Source: Orbicella franksi
Taxonomy: Eukaryota
Reading direction: 5' to 3'
Length of the DNA stretch: 64,000 bases
Assembly: GCA_964199315.1 (NCBI GenBank)
Contig: OZ116701.1
Coordinates: 31,868,001-31,932,000, forward strand
The first letter of the stretch is position 1. Each line of letters begins with the position of its first letter. The position numbers and the translations under genes were made by a program. The notes under the pieces are model-generated. The model made no database searches, had not been told where the DNA came from, and saw nothing but the letters and a program-made list of their open reading frames with translations. Shown piece by piece: positions 51,501 to 62,166 of the stretch.

Positions 51501-54500
51501 AAACTTGTCCACAAATGAAAATTACATTAACTAACCTGAAACCATTCACTGTTACAAGTTGGTACAATTTATTCCATTCTTGTTGATGTTGTTGGACAGC
51601 TTTAACAAGACGATCTTGATGCTGAAAAAATGTAAATAAATTATTCTGAAGGTGCTTCACATTTTTGTAAACAAACAATATATAAACTGTACCTTTCATA
51701 AGATCATGTTGGATCACAGAATGTTGGTCATAAATTCAGTCTTCAGGATTAGGTAATTTGTAAATATACAGGTTTTACTGTCCCCTTTATTAGGTTGATG
51801 CTCATATGGATATTAATACTTCAGCAACAACCAAAAGTGGTAATCTGCATGGAATGCCTCTCTCAATGTTAATCAAAGGCATACCAGAGGTTTGGCTCAT
51901 TTCTTGACTTTTTTTCTCCTTCAGCCAGTGTGGCTGCAGAAAATCGTTCATGTCTACTGTTGCAGATAAATTAACACATGTGGTTGAACTCAATCTTAAT
52001 TTTGCAGTTTCAAGCCATTCCTGGATATGAATGGTGTTCACCATGGTACGTTTTAAGAAAGACTGATTCTGACAAATATATACAGTATGTAGCTTATTAA
52101 TAAAACAAATTGTCCGTCACCCCGTTTTTGCTAATTTCAGCTTGACAACTGAGGAAAAAAGAAATTATTTGAATGCTTTGGATATGGACAAATTATCATC
52201 CCACCTTCACTATCTTGATCATTGCCATTCCTATCGTCATCACCATTATCATCTTCAGCCTCAGCCTCATCCTTCTCCTCGTCCTCACCCTCATCCCTTG
52301 CCTCATCCTCATCTCTTTCCTCATCCTCAGCTTCACCCTTTCACACATCTTCAGCCTCAGCCTTCTCATTATCCTCAGACTCAGCATCATGCTCACCCTC
52401 AGCCCCATCCTTATCCGTCTCCTTATCTTCATCCTTACCCTCAGACTCATTCTTAGCCTCAGCCCCATCATCATCCTCAGCCTCATCCTTGCCCTCATCC
52501 TTGCCCTCATCCTTGCCCTCATCCTTAGCCTCATTCTCATTTCTTTCCTCATCCTCAGCCTCACCCTTCCCCACATCTTCAGCCTCAGCCTCATCCATCC
52601 CCTCATTGTCAGACTCAGCCTTATGCTCGACCTGTCTCATCTTCATCCCTTTCCTTATCGTCATCGTCACCCTCAGACTCATTCCTATCAGCCCCATCAT
52701 CATCCTCACCTCATCTTAGATTCATTCTTGTCCCTTGTTCTTTGTTCATTTGCCTCTTCCTTAGCACCATCATCATCCTCAGCCTCAGCCTCCTCCTTCT
52801 CCTCATCTTTCTCTGCATCCTCATGCTCATCCTCATCCTTGTCCCCCTCATCTTCATCTTCATCCTCAACCCCATCATCATCCTCAGCCTCATCCTCAGC
52901 CTCATCCTCATCCTTTTCATCCATCTCCATATCCTCAACCTCATTCTTCTCCTCATTGTCAGCCTCATGATCATCCTCAGTCTTGTCCTTCTCTTCGTCC
53001 TTACCCTCTTACTCATATTCATCATCATCATTTCTGCAAGTTCTTTGGCTAGACTGGATTCACACTAAACAATTAATTGTCATTAACTCAAATTGTAGCC
53101 GTCTCAACATCCAAACTCAGGAGTGTGGCTAGGTTCTAATGCAGCCTTGGAGTTTAGGCCAGATATTTGTTGTAAGCTTATCACAAGCAAAAAGGTTGTA
53201 TGGTGTAATTAAATTAGTCAAGACATGGATTGCAGTGTTAAGAGGTAAAATAACTACTTAGATATTAAAATATTTTTAAGCTACTGTTGTCAGGACGTGC
53301 TTAATGAAATAATTCTTCTACGTCAGGTGATTGGCATTTTTAGCTAAGAACTGACAGTTTTTTTTCTGTTTGTTTGTTTGTAGTTTGTCTCCTAAAGATA
53401 TAGCTTATATCGGACTAAGAGATGTGGAGCCACAAGAAAGGTGATCATGTTTGTACCTTATGAACATGCACGGCATAATTATAATCATTGTAACTTGAAA
53501 TGACAAGGTTTTGTGTACTGCAAGCTACAGCTACCTTGCATGATAAAATATACTTGAATGTTTATTATTACTCAATTTTAGGGACATATGTGAACAGCTA
53601 GGAATTGCCTCATACACCATTGATGACATTGACAAAGATGGAATTGGAGAAATTATCGAGAAGGCTCTTGAAAAAATTAACCCCAAGTAAGTTGCACAGA
53701 AATCAAGCCTAAAAATGGAAATAAGAGTGTTTCTGCTAATTGTTTTTTCTTCAGGTGCACCCTAAAAGATACTTTGACAGCCAAAAATAGTGGCATTTCA
53801 TCATGGACACCCTAAGTGAGACCAGAATTCCATCATTTGCACTGCTAAGCAAGACAACAAACATCCCTGACCTTTTCATGTGATTTACCAAATTTTGAGC
53901 CAAATTAATCAAGTTTCCAAAATGATTGGAATTGCACCACACCACCAGATACAGCACAGTGCTGCTTGAGCAGCTGGCCGCAGGTCTCTTTCAGTTCATG
54001 TTTACATTGAAATTTTGAAACTTCATCGACTCGTACCGGTATTTGACAAAAAAAATCTGTACTCAAGCTGCTGGCACGAGATGGAAATTAATATGAGACA
54101 ATTTCTGACAGACTACTTTAAAGGGAATGTTGTGCAAAATTGTAACTAAATGATCATTCTCAGTTTTTATCCAATCATTCACAACTTATTCAATTGTTTC
54201 TCTCTTGTTGTTTTTGCTTTGCCAGTGGTGATCGTCCAATTCATGTCAGTTATGATATTGATTCACTGGATCCAAAAGAGACTCCAAGCACTGGAACCCC
54301 AGGTGAGAGTTTCAATTTTGTCTCATTCAGCTCTCCTTGGAAAGAGTCAGGCTTAGACTTCTTGACGATATTCCTGTTTATATATTCAGAAAATAAAATT
54401 GATGGTTTTCCATTACCCCCAATTCCTGAACCCTATTCATTTGAATGAGTAAATTGGCCATTAATCAATCTATTTTCAACCTGAAGAATAACTAAACCTT

Positions 54501-56242
54501 TTTGCCGGTAAATAAACACTTTAACTGAAAATAACAGAATGCCCTGTTAATATTTGAATGATGAGGAGTAAATCAAAACAAGAATGCCTTGAAAGCATAA
54601 ATAAAATTGTTATGACAATTATGTATTTCTGTTTCAGTGCGAGGAGGGCTCACACTGGATGAAGGGATTTACATTGCTCAGATAGTAGCTCAAACAGGTG
54701 ACTGTGTGTTTGAATTTACTATGTTTTGCATCACGTGGCTTTTCCTTTGAGAAGTTGAACATTTTCAGTTGATTTAGCTTAAGTTGCTTTAGGTTAAGTA
54801 GCCCAACCCACAGGAAGGGTTTTCCGGTTGGATCTCCCCCCTACCCAACCCCTCAGGAAATTCCAGCTAAGTTCTTGAATCCTCAACTCCCTACCCCAGG
54901 AATTTGCAATGACTTTCCATGGGCAAGTCATGGATACTTTTTTTTTTTAGCTACAAGAGGATTTGTGTACCTTAATATCTTTAAGTAAATACAATCAAAC
55001 CTCTGCACAATGGCCACCTTGGGAACAGGGGAAAGTGGCTGTTGTCAAGAGATGGCCATTATGGGGAGGTATATTAGGGGTGTCATATAACCTGCTTTTT
55101 TCGGTGGGTGGGTACAACATTTCTATGTTTAAAAACTGCGTTTTTGTAGCCAGAAATATCTAACATAATAAAAATATATCTAAAACAGAAACCAAACAGA
55201 AACAGTGACTAGACGCACGGCACAGATCAAGTTTTGTGACCTTTTACAATATAAAATGGGGTTTTGTATACACCGTTCGTCAGTCGCTGATTAACTGGCC
55301 ATTATGGAGAGATAATTTGGGTCATTTGGGATGCACTTTGATGGCCATTGCTGGTATGAACACATGGCCATTGTAGAGAGGTTAACATAAGAGTGAATGG
55401 TATGGACTCTCTGCCAGGACCACAAGTGGTCATTGTAGAGAGGTGGCCTTTGAAGAGGGATGGCCAGCTGGGGGTACTCCCTTATATGGGCTAAATAGGT
55501 ATGTGCAGCCCCAAAGGGTAGGGTTTTTCAGCCATTTTGGTCATAAATAGGGTATTGATTTTGGCCATTTTGGTTACAAATAGGGTATGGTTTTAGCACT
55601 CTAGTCTTGAATTGGGTATGTTTCTTAGAAGCTACATTTTCATCTTTATCGATAAAACCAGCAACAAAAGCCCTTCATAACTTATGTTTGGGGCAACTGT
55701 GTCAGCCGCGACGGTTGTAAATAGGCTATCAAATTTTTGGACAGGTCATAAATAGGGTAGCAAAGAAACGCAGATTTTGGTCATAAATAGGGTACGGGTT
55801 TTGGCAAGTGGGCCGCACACCCCCACCCAACTTTTCTGGAAGCACCCCCTCCCCCTCGGGCTGGCCATTAGTGGAGGTTCAACTGTATTTCATATCACTG
55901 TTTAGTGTAAATGCTGCCACAACAGACACAATGTCAGTGTGACAAACCAAAAGACTTTGTACATGAATTAGGAGAAGGGGGCTTAATGTGGTCTCACTGT
56001 TTCAACATAATTTTACAGAGTCATCAAAAATGCAGAGTGATTTGTAATCTGATGTGTTCCCTTCAGGGTGCCTCTCTGCTGTTGACATGGTCGAGTTCAA
56101 TCCTGCAATAGGAACTGAGGAAGAAGTAACAAGAACGGCCAAGAATACAATGAAGCTCATTCAAATCTTGCTGGGCAAGAAAAGCCATCTTGACAAAGCT
56201 CCATTACCTCCAGTTGACGACAGCAAAGCTTCAAGTGCATAA
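45535..56242 (+). CDS. ARG: Arginase (ureohydrolase) with a predicted basic N-terminal mitochondrial presequence
   Basis: Exons 45535-45660, 46997-47069, 48901-49016, 49743-49810, 51291-51351, 51794-51889, 52008-52045, 53384-53440, 53582-53686, 54226-54302, 54638-54697, 56067-56242 (TAA). All Mn-binding and catalytic motifs are intact: [65 protein letters not shown]. The start codon is uncertain (45535, 45550 or 45580). Confidence 0.94.
47984..48197. repeat. Foldback inverted repeat (about 90-bp arms)
   Basis: AAATTTATAAGAATTT.ATCAGTCTGCTCAATTTTGCT..AAACATGAAGTCTAAAACT.CTACACTATTACATGGT is mirrored on the right. Confidence 0.85.
49572..49640. repeat. Perfect 30-bp hairpin with 9-nt loop
   Basis: AAACATTTGTGATTGGTGGTACATCAAAGC - GAATACTTT - GCTTTGATGTACCACCAATCACAAATGTTT. 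Confidence 0.9.
52200..53030. repeat. Degenerate period-3/6 low-complexity repeat (TCATCC/TCAGCC) with an internal duplication of about 230 bp
   Basis: It reads His/Pro/Gln-rich on + and Glu/Asp/Ala-rich on -. Block 52320-52490 recurs at about 52550-52715. Confidence 0.85.
54989..55887. mobile_element. MITE (TACAATCAAACCTC...GAGGTTCAACTGTA) with a second element nested at about 55469-55860
   Basis: The outer termini are mutually inverted and the element has internal GAGAG(A/G)TGGCC motifs. The inner element starts GGGGGTACTCCC, ends GCACCCCCTCCCCC and carries repeated GGTCATAAATAGGGTA. Confidence 0.6.
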
Positions 56243-58034
56243 CAGAGGAGTGAGAGATATACAGGGGATTCAGGACAAGGTTGCTGGCCAAGAATATTTA
56301 CACGGTGTAGCCTTGTACCGGTACTGATAATTTACAAGGCCTGGTGATATATTTAATTATTGCTGCAGGTGTTTTAAACATCTCATTGTAAGGTATAAAG
56401 ATTTACAACAATCTGGCTTGAATCAAATGATTTTGTTAACCTCAGGTGACTCCAGATTTGCTTAAAAGTCTAGGGGACCATCATTAAGTGTTTCATTTGC
56501 CCAATATCTACTATCAAACAAAAGTTGAAGGTAACCATAGATGTCGGAACGTGTGAGAGACTTCTTAAACACACATCTTTTGTTTAACAATACATGTTAA
56601 TGTGGGCAGCTCGTAGACTGATGAGCTGCTGGTAAACTATATTATTTTGGATATCGACAGTAATTGCTAAATATAAAATAATAACAGTATATGTCCACAG
56701 TATTTATACACATATGATATGTTAATATATTAAATACCTGAACCACTGCTATGCAGGGTGATTTGGTGAGAGCAGGATTTTATTGAGAGTATACTAATCC
56801 TATTTTTAGCTAAACATGTTAGAACAAAATGGTAAAGATGCATATTTATTGCTGTAAAACCTGCTTTGTACATAAAGTCAGCTAAATGAAATTGCTAATA
56901 AAATTAACAGTTAATAAGAGCAAGTCACTGGAATGTTAACAAAATATTTATATACTGTTCCTGAACCATTGTTAATAAAATAAATAGCAATGAGAAGCTT
57001 CAGCAAGTTTCAGTGCATTTTTACTTATAAAAATAAATAAAGAACGACTTGTTTGCTCAAGAAAGATTAAATGTTTGATTGCCTAGCAAGTCAACCGCAA
57101 TGTGATATGCCTTACAATGCTGACTCCTCAAGTCCAGGTCAATGGTTTGTATGACCTCTTTGTCTGACGTTAATTCCCTTGTTAGAAATACACTGCCATT
57201 GAAATCTCTCAAAAACTATCAAATATACATTTTCTTTTTCATTTTTATTATGTACTTATAAAAGTAGCTCTTTCTTACTTTGTTTTGCAATACACACAGA
57301 GATCACTTCTCAATATTTGCTTTCAGACTAAATTTAGCCAATTGTATATTTGTATTATTTTCCACAGCCCGAAACTTCCCAGTTTTTCTACTCTCCCTTC
57401 CCTTCAGCCCTTTCTCTCTCTCTCCAACCCCTCTCCTCACAAATTTCATCACTGGGCCTTCCAGCCCCCTTCTCCTGCTCCAATGTATGACAGGTCATCA
57501 GTACAGATTGCACTTTACCACCATCACAAGGTAACTACAAAACCAGCTCTTCCCTTTAAGGAGAAGTCAAATGACTGCTCCAAGCAGTCCATCACCGGCA
57601 TGAATGGTAACACGTGGTATCCTGATCATGAATTGAAAGCTGAATGTCCCGATGTAATGAAAAACTTGCGTTGCGAACTTAGACATTCCTGATTTTTTTG
57701 TCCTGTTTGTCTGAATTACCAACCATATTATTACTATACCACTGAATTGTTTCAAAAGGACGGCATCGCTGATCTTTACAGCAAACCACGTCATTGGCCA
57801 TCACTTGTTATTGTTCATTTCTTGTTAGTGGAAGTTGGCCATAATCTTCTTACCCTTAGATATGAATCCTTTGGATTAACATGATCACTGAGCACTTGAA
57901 TCACAAGAAAGCAGTGAGCTGTGATTTGTAAAATACAGAGTTAACCAGCATACCATACCCAGCTCAAGTAACACATGAGTTGGTCCTATGTAGTTTGTCA
58001 ACTGCAAACCTTGCTTGATGCCATGATGTTTAAA

Positions 58035-60803
58035 TTAGGCAATGTTTATGTCCATGAACTTTGCATCCTGTTGAGAGAAAAAGAAATCATAATTACATTA
58101 AATGCAATATATTAGTGTCTGATTGAATGTGGCCAAGAATCATTCAGACAAATTCAGTTTTTGTATACAGTACAACTTTGTTGCATGTGATGACGGTATG
58201 TTACAACATGCCAAGAAACATTTTTTTATGTGTCATGACTAGTCAGCTATTGTTAATGAAACACAGATTAGTTTGAGCACAACTCTACAACATCTTGTTC
58301 CTGAAAATATGACTGAAAAGGACATCAATGTAAGTTGTTCTACCTTGGAAAGCTTTCTTTCCACAGACAGCCTGAAGAAGTCAAAAAGTTTGGTAGCAGC
58401 ACTCCGACATGCTTCTAAGCACTTCTCATACTGAAAAAGATCACTTGAATTGATAAATAAAATTATTAATACACTAGCGTAATAAATTACATCATAATAA
58501 CTATACTGAATATTTAATATCAAAAGATAACCGACATTCGTTTTGTATAATTCTTTTTTGTATTAACAACTTGGAAAATGAAAAGACAATAAAAAAGGAT
58601 GACTTTCCTAGGTTTTGAATAAGCTGTCTACGTGAATGTCTAGTTTTTACATTTTTACCTCTTGTACTGTAAAACTGCCTGTTGTTGAGGATGTCATCAC
58701 ATTTTTATTGACACTATCAAAAGCAAAGGTCATCACCGCTGAGGCTGACTGTAAGAAAAAAGAGTTGTATAATTTCCCTTTCTTTGTATAAATGAATTAT
58801 ACATGAAATATCATTTCTGAGTGTATGTTACTCATTTCTCAGTGTCTTTATGTATTAAAATACATATCATGCATGCCCAATGTAAGTTGGCAGCTACATG
58901 TACTTCAAGCATTTGTGCCAGATACTTGGAAGGAAATCACTTCTGGGTGCTACAAAATAATGCACCAGACTGCACGGTCTCAAGACATGTAGATTTTCAA
59001 CACATTTTTCAGGGCCTGCACCTTGCACTCTATGCAGGAGGGAGTAACCCACTCCGACACTGTTCCCCACAAGGCTGCTACCATCTTGACGGAATAGCGC
59101 TCCGCCTACTTTATGAAATCTCCCTGCTGCTTTATTTCAATTTGAGACACCCTTATTATTTGAATGTAAATGGCACCTTCTAGCAATATACCTTTTCTTG
59201 TTCCAGAGTAGGATCCAATTGGATGTCTCCATTTTCACTCAAAGCACAAGACACAGAACAAACCAGACACTTCATTGGGAAACCAGCATCAACCATAGCC
59301 ATGCAGGCAGCATTGATGGCACAGGACAGTAGCTTTGCCAGTTAATGAAAGCACACAAGTGCATAGACTGATAATTTATTAGGTCAGAATTAGAATGGGA
59401 AATATATTAGAAATGTAAACCAGTCCTGATACATTTGGTATGTTGGTCTGTTGGTTAGCACTGTCTTTATTAAGATCAGAAGGTTGAGTCCTTGCCCTTG
59501 TGAGGAATTGTTTGACAAGATCAGAATTTTTTTGTTGATAAATATTAAAATTGTGCAATGTACCTGTAGCCATAAAATAATGATGTAGGAAACTGTTCCC
59601 TGAAAAAAATGTAAAAGAATACATTCACAGCCTTACATCTGCATGATCTGATGTACAGTGAATTAACCAAGACAAAACATATTTTGTTGATGATGAACGA
59701 AGAAACAATAAACTCTAGACCATGAGAAGTCTTAAAATGTCTGGCAAAAACTTGATCAAATTTTATCAATCAACAAAAATCACATTTTAAAAAACCCAGC
59801 CACATAGCAATGAAAGAAATTGACAAATAAAACTTAATGAAAAATGAGAATATCCAAAATCTGACACAGGCAAACTGAGTTGAATAGTATCAATGTTGGA
59901 AGTATCAGGATGGTACATTCTAACACTTAAACATGTTGGTGGTTAACTTGTAATGACCTAACATCCCTTACAAACTTGGCAACCTGACTATAAGTGACAA
60001 TAACATTTAGGATACTGATCCACAGTCCTGAACAAGTTGTATGACAACAGTCAGGGATGATCTTGGGTGTCTGGAAGTCAGTACAATTGGATCACAGCTA
60101 TTACGTATAACCCTCTCCATCAGTTTTTCTGCACAGCCTGCGGATTTAAGAAATTTGCAGCAACTGAAGACCAGTTATTCAACACTGCGTAGTCTCAAGT
60201 TCAAAACAAAATGGGTCTATGTCAGCAATTCTTTTGAACAGTATGTTGGTCACTAAATTTGTTAGGTTGAAAACCTTTTAGCTTTGCCATGCTGACGAAG
60301 GTCTGCTATATAGACTGTAGGTGCTCTGACACTCCTATCCACTGGGGGGGAAAATATGATTTAATGTAAGGCAAAAACCTTGGGGGGAAGAAATCACATA
60401 CAAAAGTTACAGGCTACAGGTGATCATTTAAAATTTTGAAAGGAACTCCAGAAAGTTACTATAATTCTGTTTTGTATAGGAATGGCTCAAATAAAATTTT
60501 GTGGACCCTTGCAATCTTACAGATACAAAAGAAACTGTTTATTACTTTCATACCTATTTAGCTAGCGGATTTTGGGTAAATTTTAGATACTTAGAGTATT
60601 TGACAATTGGATCAGCAAAGACGTTTTAGGGAGTGACCCTAAAAGCCAAAATGGTGGATTGACAGAACAGGGGAGCTGTCATTCCGCTGTTCCGTTAAAA
60701 TCCATGCTAATTAAGATCAGATATCCAAACCTCCTTCACGGTTGATTGTCTTTAATTTAACTTGATGAACTATTAATGAGTACAAGAAAGTATCTTCTCA
60801 GAC

Positions 60804-60843
<40 letters not shown>

Positions 60844-61838
60844 CCATGAAGGAAGTTTTGATATCCAGTCTTACTTAGCATAGATTTTGATGATTTTAGT
60901 TCTCAGTTTACTCCTTACTTTTTGTTTTGATTGAGAAGATATATCAAACACTCGAGACAGTGTTTCATCGGCTATCCAAACACCTTGAATTTCGACAAAA
61001 ATACTCCGCTGCACGTCAACTCTCTTCTCAGTGTTTTGATATCCCGATGAAACACTGTCTCGAGGGTTTAAAATATATTACATCTGGGTTTATAAAACTG
61101 GCCATATTTTGGAAGATATTTCCTGGTGTCAGTTGCAGTTTTGTTTCACCAAACAAAACACCTTCACAATTGAACCAGCATTTTTCAAAATGTTTCCCCT
61201 CAAAAATCTGGGAATTGAGTGAGGTAAGTGTCCCGTCATTTACACGGTCTTTTCTTGGGCCGGTTTGACTAGCTATATACTTTTTGAAAGTGTGTCAGTT
61301 TAGGTTGTAGTAGCTCAATTTTGTTTCAGCTAGGTGTAAGAAGTTAGTCTGTAGGCGTGAGTGAGTAAAATACTGATGTTTTCAACAGCGCAGGCACGAG
61401 AGTTGGTGGGGATAGTTCTTTATTTTGGAGATACAACCATAAAGACCATAAACAGTGTCTTTTTGGTCATAACTGCTCACCTGGCATACCAACTTTGGGT
61501 CTGAAAACAACTTCCAAGGTAGCTTTATCTATGAGTTCTTTGCTTGCTCTGACCTCTGCGGGACCATATGCTGCCGCAATCACTTGAGTATTTCCTGAAA
61601 CAGTGATATTTAGCAACCCATGGTGATGCCATGCCAAGAACGTGTGTAAACAATATATATGCCAGCCTATGATTAGTTCAATTAACTTTGATAACGTCGG
61701 GATAAACAAATACGAAATATTACCTTGCATAAAGCTTGCTGATCCGTCTGTTTTGTTCAAAAGACTCTGTTCACATCGCATAGATCTTAGTTCTGATGAA
61801 TAACGTGGAAAATTCTCATCCAAAGCTTCGTCCGCCAT
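58035..61838 (-). CDS. EXOSC5: Exosome complex component RRP46 (RNase PH-like)
   Basis: Exons 61724-61838, 61481-61594, 60016-60137, 59192-59332, 58659-58748, 58344-58430, and a probable last exon 58035-58067 ([10 protein letters not shown]-stop). Motifs [60 protein letters not shown] and LDPTLEQEK match EXOSC5. The C-terminal exon is less certain; the alternative is read-through to a stop at 58239. Confidence 0.92.
59333..60015 (-). other. Probable U12-type GT-AG intron (EXOSC5 intron 3)
   Basis: Donor GTATCCTAAA. A branch-like TTTCATTAAC lies 8 nt before the end (TGGCAAAG), and there is no polypyrimidine tract. Confidence 0.75.
60720..60865. repeat. Inverted repeat (about 60-bp arms, 20-nt spacer)
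   Basis: GATATCCAAACCTCCTTCACGGTTG...TTAACTTGATGAACTATTAATGAGT is mirrored by ACTCATTAATAATTCATCAAGTTAA...CAACCATGAAGGAAGTTTTGATATC. Confidence 0.85.
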
Positions 61839-62166
61839 TTTGAATTTCTGGATATGTTTGCGGGCTCACATGAGAATTCTGGACATTGTAAATTTTAGTA
61901 GGGTAGGGTAAGGTTAGGTTGTCATCAAAACTTTTTTTTCATAATGCCTTTCAAATGAATTCTCTAGCAATTTTTAAAACATTATTCCCCGCAAATATAT
62001 TGAACTCAACCTCTACAGTTACAGCGTATAAGAGAGTAAGCAACAAATGCTCTCCCTTCTCCCAATAAAATCACATACACCACTCCCAGAAATATCCAGC
62101 CCTACCCGTCCCCTGGCCTACCTGTGACGAGTTTTCTAGTCACCAGGGGTACGCTAGGGTACTAAG
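61839..62166. promoter_or_regulatory. Putative bidirectional promoter/5' UTRs, EXOSC5-BCKDHA
   Basis: Divergent ATGs at 61838 (-) and 62167 (+), 328 bp apart. Both starts have an AAAATGGC/AAGATGGC context. Confidence 0.72.

Noticed and set aside
52173-53068. Long ORFs in the track (265, 165, 136, 122, 108 and 106 aa) rich in Ile/Leu/Ser or Met/Arg
   Set aside because: They are alternative frames of the period-3 repeat, which lacks stops by composition. They are not independent genes.
57745-57800. SECIS-like ATGA...AAA motif on the minus strand, downstream of EXOSC5
   Set aside because: Only about 6 bp of the upper stem pair, there is no correctly placed 3' GA, and EXOSC5 has no in-frame TGA.
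57285-57884. 135-aa ORF whose frame continues 63 codons past a single TGA (possible selenocysteine read-through, with CPVC just after it)
   Set aside because: The N-terminal half is pyrimidine-rich low-complexity sequence, I recognise no selenoprotein family, and I see no + strand SECIS downstream. An open run of this length is expected occasionally by chance.
60285-60325. CTGACGA-AGGTCT-loop-AGACT, a half hammerhead
   Set aside because: No GAAA or cleavage triplet follows, so it is too degenerate to call.
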